A stretch of DNA of 64,000 nucleotides from an uncultured delta proteobacterium (GCA_963778655.1 CAVZVA010000002.1:576001-640000); one strand, 5' to 3'. Positions 31,651 through 44,934 are shown, numbered from the stretch's first letter. The notes: generated by a model not told the origin, from the letters alone. Program-made: numbers and translations.

Positions 31651-33363
31651 ATGCGCTTGTGGCCGCACCTGGAGACGCTGGCCGCCCAGGCGATCGCGCA
31701 GGCCCACGGCCGCGAGGCGCCGGCGCTGTTGCGGCCGGCCGACCCGATCCACGGCGACTATCAGGTCAACGGCGTGATGGCGCTGGCCAAGCAGCTCGGC
31801 AGACCGCCCCGCGAGCTGGCCGAGCCCGTGGCCCGGGCCCTCGTCCAGAACGAGTGCGTGCAGAGCGCCGAGGTGGCCGGTCCGGGCTTCATCAACCTGC
31901 GCCTGAGCCTGCCCTGGCTCGCGGGCGTGCTGGCGCAGACCGCGGGCGACACCGAGCGGGACGGCGTCCCGCGGGTGCAAGCCCCGCTGCGCACCGTGGT
32001 CGACTACTCGGCGCCCAACGTCGCCAAGCACATGCACGTCGGACACCTGCGCTCGACCATCATCGGCGACGCGCTGTGCCGGCTGCTGCGCTTCGTCGGG
32101 CACCCGGTGGTCGGCGACAACCACATCGGCGACTTCGGCACGCAGTTCGGCCTGCTGCTGGTGGGCATGCGCGCGTTCGGCTCCGACGCCGCCCTCGCCA
32201 AAGCGCCGGTGGACGAGCTCGACCGGGTCTACAAGCTGGCCAACGCCCGCGCCAAGCAGGAGCCGGCGTTCGCGGCCCAGGCGCGCGGCGAGCTGGCCAA
32301 GCTGCAGCAGGGCGACCCCGAGAACCGGGCGCTGTGGCAGCACTTCGTGGACGCGACCCGCCGCGAGCTCGACAGACTGTACGGCCGGCTCGGGGTGGCG
32401 TTCGACGTGTGGCGGGGCGAGAGCTTCTACGAGGACATGCTGCCGGGTGTGGTCGAGCTGCTGCAGCAGCGCGGGATCGCGCGCGAGGACCAAGGCGCGA
32501 TCTGCGTGTTCTTCGACGACGACCCGGAGCTCGCCAAGACCCCGTTCATCGTGCGCAAGCAGGACGGCGCCTTCCTGTATTCGACCACCGATATCGCAGC
32601 CGTGCTGCGGCGGCGCGACGAGGGCGTGCAGCGCGCAGTCTACGTGGTCGACCAGCGGCAGAAGCTGCACTTCCGCCAGCTGTTCGCCACGGTGCGCAGG
32701 CTGGGCGTGCAGATGCAGCTCGAGCACGTGGGCTTCGGGACCGTGCTGAACAAGGACGGCAAGCCGCTCAAGGCGCGCGAAGGCGAGGTGATCAAGCTCT
32801 CGACGCTGCTCGACGAGGCCGAGCAGCGGGCGGCGCGGCTGATCGTGGAGGAGGGGCTCGAGATCGAGCCCGGCCGCCAGCAGGAGCTGGCGCGCAGCGT
32901 CGGCATCGGCGCCGTCAAGTACGCGGACCTGAGTCAGAACCGTCTCAGCGACTACCGCTTCGATTGGGACAAGCTGATCTCGCTCAAGGGCAGCTCGGGT
33001 CCCTATCTGCAGTACGCGCACGCGCGCATCCACGCGATCTTCCGCAAGGGCGAGATCGCGCCCGCCGCGCTCGCGGGCGAGCGCACGCCGTCGCTCGAGC
33101 ATGAGGCCGAGATCGCGCTCGCCAAGCAGCTCGCGCGCTTCCCCGACGTGGTCCACGACGCCGCGGCCGGCAGCGCGCCGCACCTGTTGTGCGAGCACCT
33201 GTACGTCCTGGCGCGCCTGTTCAGCGGCTTCTACGAGCAGTGTCCGGTGCTCAAGGCCGAGCCCGAGAGCCGGCGCACGCGGCTGCTGCTGTGCTGGCTG
33301 ACGGTGCGCCAGCTCAGCCGCGGTCTGGGTCTGCTCGGGATCGACGCCCCCGAGCGGATGTGA
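31651..33363 (+). CDS. argS: Arginine--tRNA ligase
   Basis: GDYQ, AGPGFIN, DYSAPNVAKHMHVGHLRSTIIGD, YLQYAHARI, terminal ERM. Confidence 0.97.
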   Translation: MRLWPHLETLAAQAIAQAHGREAPALLRPADPIHGDYQVNGVMALAKQLGRPPRELAEPVARALVQNECVQSAEVAGPGFINLRLSLPWLAGVLAQTAGDTERDGVPRVQAPLRTVVDYSAPNVAKHMHVGHLRSTIIGDALCRLLRFVGHPVVGDNHIGDFGTQFGLLLVGMRAFGSDAALAKAPVDELDRVYKLANARAKQEPAFAAQARGELAKLQQGDPENRALWQHFVDATRRELDRLYGRLGVAFDVWRGESFYEDMLPGVVELLQQRGIAREDQGAICVFFDDDPELAKTPFIVRKQDGAFLYSTTDIAAVLRRRDEGVQRAVYVVDQRQKLHFRQLFATVRRLGVQMQLEHVGFGTVLNKDGKPLKAREGEVIKLSTLLDEAEQRAARLIVEEGLEIEPGRQQELARSVGIGAVKYADLSQNRLSDYRFDWDKLISLKGSSGPYLQYAHARIHAIFRKGEIAPAALAGERTPSLEHEAEIALAKQLARFPDVVHDAAAGSAPHLLCEHLYVLARLFSGFYEQCPVLKAEPESRRTRLLLCWLTVRQLSRGLGLLGIDAPERM

Positions 33364-33507
33364 GCGCGCAGAACGCGCCGCAACCAGCGGCCGAAACAGT
33401 GGCCAAGGCGGTTCGCCTGACCTATGCTAGCGCTGCCCCGCGGCTCGACTTGGACGCCGCTGGACGAATGGGGGCTTCGCCCTGACCCGGTCGATCACGC
33501 TGGCCTC

Positions 33508-34194
33508 ATGCCCAACAAGAGCACGAGCAAGGCCGGGACGTCGGCCGCACCCGAGCAGGGCGCGGCCGACGAGCCAAAGGAACCCGGCAAAAAGAAGAAG
33601 TCGGGCAGCGCCGAAATCGCCGCCCAGATCGCGGCCGGCACCGCCGAGCCCGGGCTGCTGCACTACGCCCGCGCGCTCGAGGACCCGAACACGACCACCG
33701 CGGCGCAGGCCGCGCGCGTGATCGAAGAGCTGGTCGCCTTGCGCCCCGAGCTGTGCGCGCCGCACATCGAGCGCTTGGTGCGGCTGCTGATGAGCGCCAA
33801 CCCGCGCGTGGTGCAAGCCAGCGCCAGCGCGCTGCCGGTGCTGACGCGGGTGGCGCCGGCCAAGGTCGCGCGACATCTGGAGCGGCTGCGCAACAGCTAC
33901 GACGCGGCCGGCGAGGTCGCCAAGGAAGGCATGGTCCGCACCTTCGTCGCGCTGTGCGTGGCCTCGGTGGCCTACCAGCGCCGCGTGGTCGACGTGCTGG
34001 AGCGCGCGCTCGCCGGAGCCGAGCCCAAGACGCTGGTGCGCTGGACCGAGCTGGTGCTGCCTGCGCTCAAGGGCGAGCCGCACGCGCAGGCGCGCGCCGT
34101 GGTCGAGCACCGCCTCAACGAGCTGCCGCGGCCGCAGGCGGAGAAGATCGCGGACTTTCTCGGGGTCAAGCTGCGCCCCTCGCGCATCCCTTGA
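33508..34194 (+). CDS. Hypothetical all-helical (HEAT/ARM-like) protein
   Basis: GC3-biased ORF with repeated amphipathic helices; no catalytic motif recognised. Confidence 0.6.
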   Translation: MPNKSTSKAGTSAAPEQGAADEPKEPGKKKKSGSAEIAAQIAAGTAEPGLLHYARALEDPNTTTAAQAARVIEELVALRPELCAPHIERLVRLLMSANPRVVQASASALPVLTRVAPAKVARHLERLRNSYDAAGEVAKEGMVRTFVALCVASVAYQRRVVDVLERALAGAEPKTLVRWTELVLPALKGEPHAQARAVVEHRLNELPRPQAEKIADFLGVKLRPSRIP

Positions 34195-34237
34195 GCGCCC
34201 GCGCGGGCCAGCGAGCGGGGCCCCGCCGCCTGGCCCG

Positions 34238-35897
<1,660 letters not shown>

Positions 35898-35904
35898 GGC
35901 GGGC

Positions 35905-36994
35905 TCACTTCGTGGGTGCAGGCGCCGCGGGCGGCACGGGCGGCGCCTTGGGCGCGGGCGTCCACGGCATCTCGAAGGCCAGCGTGGGCGCCACGTTACC
36001 GTCGGCGAAGGCCGCGCCGATCAGCGAGACCACGCGCACCAGCAGGGTGTTGGCGTCGGCGGAGACCACGGCACCGCAGGCCTTGGGCCCGCACAGCGGC
36101 TGCATGACCTCGGTCAGCACCGAGGGCGGATCGGTCGCCTCGCGCGCGCGGAACTGGAACAGCGCCTGCGTGGCCGGCTCGCCCTCATCCAGCTCCTGCT
36201 CGACATCGCTCCTTTTCTTGCGCCCCTGCAGGGCGTCCTCCTTGTGGGCCGCGAGCGTGGCCTTGCGCTTCTGCTCCTCGGCCGCGAGCTGCTCGGGGCT
36301 CAGCCCCACGCGGAAGAAGTTCAGATTCACGCCGGCGCCCGACGCGAACAGCACGAATCTTGAGGTCGCCGCCGGTGGCTACGTTGTTCTCCACATAGGG
36401 ACAGCTGCCGGTCTGGGAGCTGCGGCAGGCGTCGTGCATCGCCTGCCAGGCCTTGGCGAAGTCGTCCCACTTGTGCGGGTCCACGCTCGGCATGGCCACC
36501 TCGTCGTAGGTGCGCGGCGCCATCTGGAACGCGGTCACGGAGAGCCAGCCGGTGTCGGTGGAGCCGCCGGGCTTGCGCACCTTGAAGCTGAGCTGGTGCA
36601 TGCCCGCGGCGCTCGCCGAGCTCAACACCAGCGCGGCGGTCTCGTAGGGCAACGAGGCGTGGGCGGCGAGCGCGATGCGGCCCTTGGGCGGCGACTGCAG
36701 CGCGGCCTTGAGCTTGGGCAGCACGCCGTCCTTTTGCTCGGCGGCGGGCACCTTGCCGTTGTCGAGCTTGAGCACGATCTTGTCGTCGACCCGCACCTCG
36801 CTCATGTTCACGTCGACGTTGCGGGCGTCATTGGGCGCGCCGTCGCCGCTGCGCAGCGAGACCGGCAGCTCGAGCACACCCAGCGCGGGCGGCAGCGGCG
36901 CCTGCGCCTGCTCGGCGCTCTTGTCGGAGCAGCCGGCGGAGGCCTGAAACGCGAGCAGGCACAGAACCGTGTAGACGGCGGAGGGCTTCGCCAT
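35905..36994 (-). pseudogene. Lipoprotein with ExbD/TolR-like periplasmic domain(s), one apparent +1 frameshift near 36356
   Basis: Lipobox SAGC; ExbD-like IALAAHASLPYETAALVLSSASAAG. Removing one base joins ...GGDLKI to VLFASGAG..., giving about 362 aa. Confidence 0.6.
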
Positions 36995-37092
36995 GGCGGG
37001 ACTATAGCCAGCTTTGCCCGACTTTGTCGCCTGTAGTAGATTCGCCCGGCTGCGCTTCAGGGGCGTCAGCCGAGCGCGAGGATTTCAGGGCA

Positions 37093-38256
37093 GTGCCACG
37101 TTTTCCCGGCCACGCCAGCAGCGCCGAGGGGTTGTCCGATCGGGTCTTCGGGCAGCTCGCCCAGAAGGCACAGGCGCGCAGCGAGCGCGTCTATCCGCTG
37201 CACGTCGGCGATACCTACCTGGATCCGCTGCCCGCGGCCCAAGCCGAGGCGCAGAAGAGCAGCGAGCGCCCGCGCCTGCACAACTACGCGCCGGTGCAGG
37301 GCGAGCCCGAGCTGCTCGACGCGATCCTGCAGAAGGTGCGGCGGCGCAGCGGGGTCGCGCTCGAGCGCGGTTGCGTGCAGGTGATGGCGGGCGCCACCGG
37401 CGGGCTCGGCGTGATCTGCTCGGCCTTGCTCGAGCCAGGCGACGAGCTGCTGTTGCCCGCGCCGTTCTGGCCGCTGATTCGCGGCGCGGCCAGGTTGCGC
37501 GGCGCCCGCGTGGTCGAGGTACCGCTCTACACCCGTCTGGGCGAGCCCGGCTTCGACCCGATCGGCGCGCTCGAGCGCGCGATCACGCCGCGCACGGTCG
37601 CGATCTATCTGAACAGCCCGCACAACCCGACCGGCGCGGTGCTGCCCGAGGTGGTAACGGCCGGCATCGCGCAGCTCGCGGCACGGCACGATCTGTGGGT
37701 GCTTACCGATGAGGTCTACGAGGACCTGTGGTACGCGCAGCCGCCAGCGTCGATCTGGACGCGCCCCGAGCTGCGCGAGCGCGCGATCGTCACCCACAGC
37801 GTGTCCAAGGCCTACGGGCTGGCGGGCGCGCGCGTCGGCTTCAGCCACGGCCCGGCCGAGATCATGCAGGTGATCCGCGGCGTGCAGACCTTCTACTCGT
37901 ACTGCGCGCCGCGGCCGATGCAGCTGGGCGCGGCGCGCGCGCTGGCCGAGGGCGACGCCTGGCTGGCGGACGCCCGCGCGCGTTACGCAAAGGCGGCGCG
38001 CGCCACCGCCGACGCGCTCGGCCTGCCGATGCCCGAAGGCGGCACGTTTCTGTTTTTCGACGCGCGTCGCTACCTGCGCGAGGGCGAGAGCTTGATGGGA
38101 TTGCTCGAGCGCTGCCTGGAGGCGGGTGTGATGCTCACGCCGGGCTCGGCCTCGGGCAGCGACTTCGAGCAGTGGGCGCGCGTGTGTTACACCAGCGTGC
38201 CCCAGGACGATCTCGAAACCGCGCTCGAGCGCCTGCGCGCGGTGCTCGGGCGTTGA
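37093..38256 (+). CDS. Class I/II PLP-dependent aminotransferase
   Basis: NSPHNPTG, DEVY, SVSKAYGLAGARVG. Confidence 0.92.
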   Translation: MPRFPGHASSAEGLSDRVFGQLAQKAQARSERVYPLHVGDTYLDPLPAAQAEAQKSSERPRLHNYAPVQGEPELLDAILQKVRRRSGVALERGCVQVMAGATGGLGVICSALLEPGDELLLPAPFWPLIRGAARLRGARVVEVPLYTRLGEPGFDPIGALERAITPRTVAIYLNSPHNPTGAVLPEVVTAGIAQLAARHDLWVLTDEVYEDLWYAQPPASIWTRPELRERAIVTHSVSKAYGLAGARVGFSHGPAEIMQVIRGVQTFYSYCAPRPMQLGAARALAEGDAWLADARARYAKAARATADALGLPMPEGGTFLFFDARRYLREGESLMGLLERCLEAGVMLTPGSASGSDFEQWARVCYTSVPQDDLETALERLRAVLGR

Positions 38257-38465
38257 CACCTCGGGACCGCACGCGTGATCAGTGCGCGACCAGCGACGGA
38301 TCGCAGAATTGCCGCTTTTTCCGTGGTACGGCCCGCTGTGAATGGGTCTGCAAGGCGGAATCGGGTCGTTTTTCACGACGCCGCCTTTGACTTCCGCCCG
38401 GAGCTTCTCGTAGTAACCCCGATTGCGGCGGCCGCGGTGGGCGGCTGCATGGGGAACACGGCAGT

Positions 38466-39710
38466 ATGTACAAGGATCCTGTCAGCCAGGCGCGCGGGCC
38501 ACGCGCCCCTTCGGCCTTGTGTCGATCGCAGATGCAGGGCTACGAGCCCGCGATCGACGCGCGCGCGCGGGCCTTGATCGCGCGCATCCAGCGCGATCAT
38601 CGGGACGTCGAGGCGGTACGCGCGCTCGCCCAGCACTATGAACGCCACGGCGACTCGCCCTCGCTGGCGAACCTGATGGAGGGCTGGGCGCAGACGCTGC
38701 GCGACGACCACGAAGCTGCGGACGCGTACACCCGCGCCGCGCGGGCGGCGCAGGCCGGGCCGCTGGCCGATGCGGCGCGCGCGCAGAGCCTGTATCGTCG
38801 CGCGCTGGTGCGCTGCCCGGCGCATGCGCAGTCCCTGGCGGAGCTCGAGGCGCTGCTGCAAGAGAGCGGCGACTACACCGAGCTCGAGCGCTGCCTGTCG
38901 CAGCTGGTGCAAGAGTTGGCGCGGCGCAACGCCCCGGCCGCGCCCCGTGCCGAGCTCTGCTACCGGCTCGGGCAGCTATACGAGCGGCGCCTGGGGCGGC
39001 CGGGACGCGCGATCGCGCAGTACCGCGCCGCGCTCGAGCTGGTGCCCGATCTCCTCCCGGCCATCAGCGCGGCGCGGGAGCTCTACCTGCGCTCGGACAA
39101 GGCCGAGGCCGCGGCCGACATGTACGAGCTGCAGATCGCGGGCAGCCCCGGTGCGCGCGAACGGCACGAGCTGCTGGTGCGCCTGGCCGCGCACCGGCGC
39201 ACGCGGCTCGCAGACCTGGACGGCGCGGTGCTCGCGCTGCGGCGCGCGCTGCGCGCGCTGCCGAGCGAGCTCTCCACGATCGCGGCGCTGGCGGCACTGG
39301 TGCGCGAGCGCGCCGAGCGCGGCGGGCCGGACACCGCGGCCGATCGCGCGCGCGCCGCGGAGCTGTATTTCCAGCTGGCGCGCGGCCTGCCGCGCGGCCA
39401 GGCGCGGGGCCAGCTAACGAGCTGCCTTGCGCTACAGCCCAGCCACGCGCGGGCGCAACGCATGCTGTCCGAGCTGGACGCCTACGGTGCGCGCCCGCAC
39501 GACCTGTCGCCCCAGCTAGCTGAAGTGTCGCAGGCCGAGCTCGACGCGCGCGCGACGGTGCGCCAGCGCCCCGTGGAGCAGGATTTCGCGCCCGACACGG
39601 AGGTCGCCGCGTGGCTGGAGGACGAGGACTTGTTGCCGCTGGATGACGAGATCGGCACCCATCGCATGGTGCCGATCACAGACCGGCCGCCGCCGCACCC
39701 CAAGCTATGA
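38466..39710 (+). CDS. Tetratricopeptide repeat protein (start may be 38532)
   Basis: Repeated TPR-like helices (YRLGQLYERRLGRPGRAIAQYRAALELVP); acidic tail. Confidence 0.7.
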   Translation: MYKDPVSQARGPRAPSALCRSQMQGYEPAIDARARALIARIQRDHRDVEAVRALAQHYERHGDSPSLANLMEGWAQTLRDDHEAADAYTRAARAAQAGPLADAARAQSLYRRALVRCPAHAQSLAELEALLQESGDYTELERCLSQLVQELARRNAPAAPRAELCYRLGQLYERRLGRPGRAIAQYRAALELVPDLLPAISAARELYLRSDKAEAAADMYELQIAGSPGARERHELLVRLAAHRRTRLADLDGAVLALRRALRALPSELSTIAALAALVRERAERGGPDTAADRARAAELYFQLARGLPRGQARGQLTSCLALQPSHARAQRMLSELDAYGARPHDLSPQLAEVSQAELDARATVRQRPVEQDFAPDTEVAAWLEDEDLLPLDDEIGTHRMVPITDRPPPHPKL

Positions 39711-39744
39711 AGAGATCTCCCTGCGCGCTATGCTCGAGCGCGTC

Positions 39745-41169
39745 ATGGAGCTGCCCAAGTACACCAAGATCATCGCCACGCTGGGGCCCGCGTCGTCGTC
39801 CGCGGAAGCGATCGCGGGCTTGATCCGTGCGGGCGCCGATTGCCTGCGCGTCAACTTCTCGCACGGCGACGGCGAGAAGCTGCAGCCGCTGCTCGATGCG
39901 GCGCGCAGCGCGGCCAGGGCCGAGCGCCGCCACATCACGCTGCTGGCCGACATCCAGGGGCCCAAGCTGCGCATCGGCAGGCTGCCGTCGCAGGGTGTGG
40001 TTTTGCTGGAAGGCGCGCCTTTCCTGATCACCACGCGCGAGGTGGAAGGCGACGAGCGGCAGGTGCGCTCGAGCTATGCGCTGCTCGCCAAGGACCTCGA
40101 GCCGGGCGCGCACGTGCTGTTCGCGGACGGCGCGGTGGAGCTGGTGGTCGAGCGCATCGAGGGCGAGGATGTGCACTGTCGCGTGGTGGCCGGGGGACGG
40201 CTGTTCTCGAACAAGGGCCTGAACCTGCCGGGGCGGCGGCTCTCGGTACAGACGCTGACCGACAAGGATCGCACCGACCTCGCGTTTCTGTCGAACGCCG
40301 ACATCGACATCGTGGCGATCTCGTTCGTGCGCACGGCGGCGGACCTGGCGCTGGCGCGCGAGCTGCTAGGCAAGGGCAAGAAGATCCCGCTGATGGCGAA
40401 GCTGGAGCGGCCCGAGGCACTGGCCGCGCTGGACGACATCCTGGAGGCGTCGGACGGCGTGATGGTGGCGCGCGGCGACCTCGGGGTGGAGCTGCCGTTC
40501 GAGCGCGTGCCGGTGCTGCAGAAGCAGATCCTCGAGCAGGCGGCGGCGCGCGGCAAATGGGCGGTGGTGGCGACGCAGCTCCTGGCCTCGATGGTGGTGG
40601 CGCGCAGGCCCAGCCGCGCGGAGGCCTCGGACGTGGTGAACGCGGTGCTGGATGGAACGGACGCGGTGATGCTGTCGGAGGAGACCGCGGTGGGTGATCA
40701 CCCGGCGCAGGCGGTGGCGGCGATGGCGGCGCTGACGCGCGCCGGCGAGGGACACGAAGCTGCGGGGCCGCGGCGGGAGATCGCGGCGGACATCGTGTCG
40801 TTCGCGACCGGTGCGGCCTCGGCGGCGGTGAGCGCGGCGGAGCGGGTGCGGGCGCGGGCGATCGTGACGCTGGCCGGCTCGGGGCTGACGGCACTGGCGG
40901 TGTCGAAGGCGCGGCCGCGGCTGCCGATCGTGGCGCTGGGCGCGTGGCAGCAGACGCTCAACCGCCTCAACGTGCTGCGCGGGGTAACGCCACTGGAGGT
41001 CCCGAACCGCACCGACGTGGAGCAACAGCTGCTGATCGCGGACCGCTTCCTGGTGCAGTCCGGCTGGGCAAAGCAGGGCGACCCGATCGTGGTCGCGGCC
41101 GCGATGCCGCTGGGCACGGGCAAGGAAACCAACACGATCCGCTTCCACCGGGTGCGGCACGCGGACTGA
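39745..41169 (+). CDS. pyk: Pyruvate kinase
   Basis: TKIIATLGPAS, RVNFSHG, DIQGPKLR, VARGDLGVE, DGTDAVMLS. Confidence 0.95.
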   Translation: MELPKYTKIIATLGPASSSAEAIAGLIRAGADCLRVNFSHGDGEKLQPLLDAARSAARAERRHITLLADIQGPKLRIGRLPSQGVVLLEGAPFLITTREVEGDERQVRSSYALLAKDLEPGAHVLFADGAVELVVERIEGEDVHCRVVAGGRLFSNKGLNLPGRRLSVQTLTDKDRTDLAFLSNADIDIVAISFVRTAADLALARELLGKGKKIPLMAKLERPEALAALDDILEASDGVMVARGDLGVELPFERVPVLQKQILEQAAARGKWAVVATQLLASMVVARRPSRAEASDVVNAVLDGTDAVMLSEETAVGDHPAQAVAAMAALTRAGEGHEAAGPRREIAADIVSFATGAASAAVSAAERVRARAIVTLAGSGLTALAVSKARPRLPIVALGAWQQTLNRLNVLRGVTPLEVPNRTDVEQQLLIADRFLVQSGWAKQGDPIVVAAAMPLGTGKETNTIRFHRVRHAD

Positions 41170-41342
41170 AGCTTGTGCCAGTGGCGCGGCCTCGGCGCGT
41201 ACGCGCATCGAAAAGGACGAGGGCTGCTCGACGCGCCCACCACTGTCCATTGCGACGAACGTCCACAGGGACCCCGCCGGTCTGATTGCCGGGCTCACCG
41301 TTGCTTGGCCAGCCCGGCACGCGCTCGCGAGGCGTTCGTGTC

Positions 41343-42629
41343 TCAGCCTCGCGAGCGGCGGATGTAGGCCGGGATGTCGAGCGTGGCCTCGTCGTGGATC
41401 GCGGCGGCGCCGAAGGCGCGCGAGCCGCGGTGGTCGCCGTTGACCGGCAAGGGTGGCTGGGCGAGCTCGACGTGGTGGCGGCCGCGGTCCGCGCTCAGGC
41501 TCGCCTCGCGCGGGGACATGCTGGGACGCGTCCCCTGCGGCACCGAGCCGCGCGCCAGCACCTGTTGTGCCACCTGGCGTACCGCGGCCGGCACGTGCGT
41601 GCCCTGCGCCGCCGGGGCTCCGCTGCTGCGCCGCCGTCCGAGCGTGCTCTCCGCGTTGGCCGGCTGCATGTCGAAGCCGGTCGCGATCACCGTCACCTTC
41701 ACCACGTCGTTCATGTTCGGATCCGTGACCAAACCGAAGATGATGTTCGCTTCCTCGTGGGCGGCCTGCTGGATGTACGAGGCCGCGTGGCTGATCTCCT
41801 TGGCCTTCACGTCCGGACCGGCCGTGAAGTTGATCAGGATGCCGGTCGCGCCCTGGATCGAGATCTCGTCGAGCAGCGGCGAGTTCACCGCTACCTCCGC
41901 CGCCTCGAACGCGCGGTTGTCGCCGCGCCCGTAGCCCGTACCCATCAGCGCGCGCCCCGTGGCGCTCATGATCGTCTTGACGTCCGCGAAGTCCACGTTG
42001 ATCGTGCCCGTGTGCACGATCAGGTCGCTGATGCCGCGCACCGCCTGCAGCAGCACGTCGTCAGCGCGCCGGAACGCGTCCAGCATCGGCATGTCGTCCT
42101 CGGACAGGTCGAGCAGCTTCTCGTTCGGGATGGTGATGATGGTGTCGACCGCCGTCCCCAGCTCCTCCAGCGCCTCCATCGCGTTGCGCATGCGCCGCCG
42201 TCCCTCGAAGCCGAACGGCTTGGTCACCACCGCGACCGTGAGCGCGCCCTGATCCTTGGCGATCTGCGACACGATCGGCGCGGCGCCGCTGCCCGTGCCG
42301 CCGCCCATGCCCGCGGTCACGAACACCATGTCCGCGCCCTCCAGCACCTCGGCGATGCGCTTGGCGTCCTCGAGCGCCGCTTTGCGCCCAATCTCCGGCT
42401 GCGCGCCGGCGCCGAGCCCGCGCGTCAGGGTGGCGCCGAGCTGGATCTTCTCCGGCGCCAGGTTGAGCGCCAGCGCCTGGGTGTCGGTGTTGGCAGCGAT
42501 GAACTCGACACCCTCGAGCCCCGCTTGAATCATGGTGTTGATGGCGTTGCCGCCGCCACCGCCCACGCCCACGACCTTGATCTTGGCCTGTAGCTCCGCG
42601 TCGTCTGCGAACTCGATCGAAATAGCCAT
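41343..42629 (-). CDS. ftsZ: Cell division protein FtsZ
   Basis: [17 protein letters not shown] tubulin signature, INVDFAD, C-terminal LDIPAYIRR. Confidence 0.98.
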   Translation of the reverse strand: MAISIEFADDAELQAKIKVVGVGGGGGNAINTMIQAGLEGVEFIAANTDTQALALNLAPEKIQLGATLTRGLGAGAQPEIGRKAALEDAKRIAEVLEGADMVFVTAGMGGGTGSGAAPIVSQIAKDQGALTVAVVTKPFGFEGRRRMRNAMEALEELGTAVDTIITIPNEKLLDLSEDDMPMLDAFRRADDVLLQAVRGISDLIVHTGTINVDFADVKTIMSATGRALMGTGYGRGDNRAFEAAEVAVNSPLLDEISIQGATGILINFTAGPDVKAKEISHAASYIQQAAHEEANIIFGLVTDPNMNDVVKVTVIATGFDMQPANAESTLGRRRSSGAPAAQGTHVPAAVRQVAQQVLARGSVPQGTRPSMSPREASLSADRGRHHVELAQPPLPVNGDHRGSRAFGAAAIHDEATLDIPAYIRRSRG

Positions 42630-42722
42630 CGCCTGCCTCGCCTTGTTGCCGGGAATCGAGGACGCCCCCTCGACTCGCACGTTGCTTGCGGTGATCGCGC
42701 CACCGCGGACCTCTTCAGCCGC

Positions 42723-43952
42723 TCAGAACACCTCCCTGAACCACTCGCCGATGCGAGAGCCCAGCTTTCGCGGCTCGCGCTGCGGCCGCAGCCGCGGCTC
42801 GAGCTGCGACACGTGCAGCCTCCCGGCGCCGTACTTCACCAGGCCGACCGCGGTTGCGTAGGCCGGGCTCTTGACCACGTCCGCGAGCCCGCCCACGCCC
42901 ATCGGCGCCGCGCGCCGCACCGGCATGCCCATGACGTCCTCGGCCAGCTCCGCCATGCCGTCGAGCAGCGTGGAGCCGCCGGTCAGCACCGCGCCCGCGT
43001 GCAGCATTTCCAGATAACCGCTCTCGCCGAGCACGTGGTGCACGGCGGCGAAGATCTCCTCGACGCGCGGCTCGATGATGTTCGCGAGCACCTCGCGCGG
43101 CAGCGAGCGCGGCGGGCGCCCGCCCACCGAAGGCACCTCGACCGTGTCCTCGGGGTCGATCATCTTGGGGCTGGCGCAGCCGTACTTGATCTTGATCCGC
43201 TCGGCCTCGGCGATGGGCGTGCGCAACCCGGCCGAGATGTCGCTGGTGATGCTCATGCCGCCGATGCCGATCACGCTGGTGTGCACCGCGGCGCTCCCCG
43301 CGTAGACGATGATGTCGGTGGTGCCGCCGCCGATGTCGATCAGCGCGACGCCGATCTCCTTCTCGTCCTCGGACAGTACCGCCTCGGCGCTGGCGAGCGG
43401 CTGCAGCACGACCTCGGCCACGTTGAGGTTGCAGCGCTCGGCGCACTTGACGATGTTCTGGATGCTGGTGGTGGCCGCGGTCACCAGGTGCACGCGCGCC
43501 TCCAGGCGGACGCCGTTCATGCCCACGGGCTTCACGATGCCGTCCTGGTCGTCGACGATGTACTCCTGCGGCAGCACATGGATCACCTGCCGGTCGCTGG
43601 GCAGCGGGATCGCCTTGCTCTGCTCGAGCACACGCTGCACGTCGCTCTCGGTCACCTCGCGCTCGGAGATCGCGGCCACGCCCTGCTTGTTCAGGCCGCG
43701 CACGTGGCTGCCGGCGATGCCGGCGTAGACCGTGCCGATCTGGCAGCCGGCCATGGTCTCGGCCTGGTCGATGGCGGCGCGGATCGCCTGCACGGTGGAC
43801 TCGATGTTGACCACCACGCCCCGCTTCATGCCCTTGCTCGGGACCGAGCCGATGCCGATGACGTCGATGCCGTCGTCGACCTGCTCGCCGACGATGGCGC
43901 AGACCTTCGTGGTCCCCAGATCCAGACCTGCGATCAGCTCGTTGTCAGCCAT
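42723..43952 (-). CDS. ftsA: Cell division protein FtsA
   Basis: LDLGTTKV, DIGGGTTD, amphipathic C-terminus IGEWFREVF. Confidence 0.97.
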   Translation of the reverse strand: MADNELIAGLDLGTTKVCAIVGEQVDDGIDVIGIGSVPSKGMKRGVVVNIESTVQAIRAAIDQAETMAGCQIGTVYAGIAGSHVRGLNKQGVAAISEREVTESDVQRVLEQSKAIPLPSDRQVIHVLPQEYIVDDQDGIVKPVGMNGVRLEARVHLVTAATTSIQNIVKCAERCNLNVAEVVLQPLASAEAVLSEDEKEIGVALIDIGGGTTDIIVYAGSAAVHTSVIGIGGMSITSDISAGLRTPIAEAERIKIKYGCASPKMIDPEDTVEVPSVGGRPPRSLPREVLANIIEPRVEEIFAAVHHVLGESGYLEMLHAGAVLTGGSTLLDGMAELAEDVMGMPVRRAAPMGVGGLADVVKSPAYATAVGLVKYGAGRLHVSQLEPRLRPQREPRKLGSRIGEWFREVF

Positions 43953-44046
43953 GGGCCCTGTGCTCTCCTCCGCCGCGGCAGCTACGAGAGATACCCGGGC
44001 CCCCCGGCACATCCAAAATACTTGCAAATTCTTGTGGGTGTCCGGC

Positions 44047-44934
44047 TTACCGCAGCCGCACTGCGACCCGGTCGGGACGGCGTACGTTGTCGAGGTAGAC
44101 GTAGGCGGGGCGCTCGCGGTCGGCGCGCAATTCATCGAGAATCTGGCGCAACCGGCGCAGCTTCTTGCCGTAAGGGCGCTGGCCCACCCGCACCAGCATC
44201 GGATCCTGACCGACGTAGAGCGCAAAGCCGGCGTCGCCGTCGACGTGAATTTCGGCGAGCGGCTCGCGCCGCCACAATCCGACGTCGCGGTAGTCGTGCA
44301 GCAGGGTCACGGCGGCAACCAGCAGCGAGGTGCGGTAGCCGAGGTCGCCCCGAAACTGGGCGGTGTCCACGCCCGTGATCACCGGCAGGTCGACCGGGTC
44401 GCCGGGCTGCACCGGCTTGAGCACCGAGCCCTCCTCGCTCACTAGATAGAGCCGCTCGAGCTGCAGCAGCGCGGCCGGCTGCTGCTCGCTCAGCTCGATG
44501 CGGAAGCTGCCCGGCAGGCGGCGGGTCACACGCGCCTCGGCCACCCACGGGCTGTGCAGCAGGTGGGCGCGCGCCTGCTCGGGGCTGACCTCGAATACGT
44601 TCTGGCCCACTGCCAGGCCGGCAGCGGCCAGCACCTCGGCGCGCGAGAGCCGCGACAGACCGCTGATCTCGATGTCGCGGATCGCGAACGCCTTGGCGCT
44701 GTGCACGTACTGCTCGAGCAGGCGGCCGCTGGCCACCGCCCCGGCGGTCACCGCGGCCAGCAGCACCGCGCGCAGCAGGTACCCGAGCGGCGCGCGCACG
44801 CGTGCGTAGCCGAGCTGCAGCCGCGCCTGCCAGAACAGCAACCGGGTGCGCCAGGCCACCTTGGGCCGCGCGGCGGGGCCGGGTGTGCGGCTGCGTCTGC
44901 GGTTGGGGCGGTTGTGCGTTCTAGGGCTGCCCAT
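44047..44934 (-). CDS. ftsQ: Cell division protein FtsQ
   Basis: Basic N-terminus, one TM helix, POTRA domain ([13 protein letters not shown]), LPVITG; upstream of ftsA. Confidence 0.88.
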   Translation of the reverse strand: MGSPRTHNRPNRRRSRTPGPAARPKVAWRTRLLFWQARLQLGYARVRAPLGYLLRAVLLAAVTAGAVASGRLLEQYVHSAKAFAIRDIEISGLSRLSRAEVLAAAGLAVGQNVFEVSPEQARAHLLHSPWVAEARVTRRLPGSFRIELSEQQPAALLQLERLYLVSEEGSVLKPVQPGDPVDLPVITGVDTAQFRGDLGYRTSLLVAAVTLLHDYRDVGLWRREPLAEIHVDGDAGFALYVGQDPMLVRVGQRPYGKKLRRLRQILDELRADRERPAYVYLDNVRRPDRVAVRLR

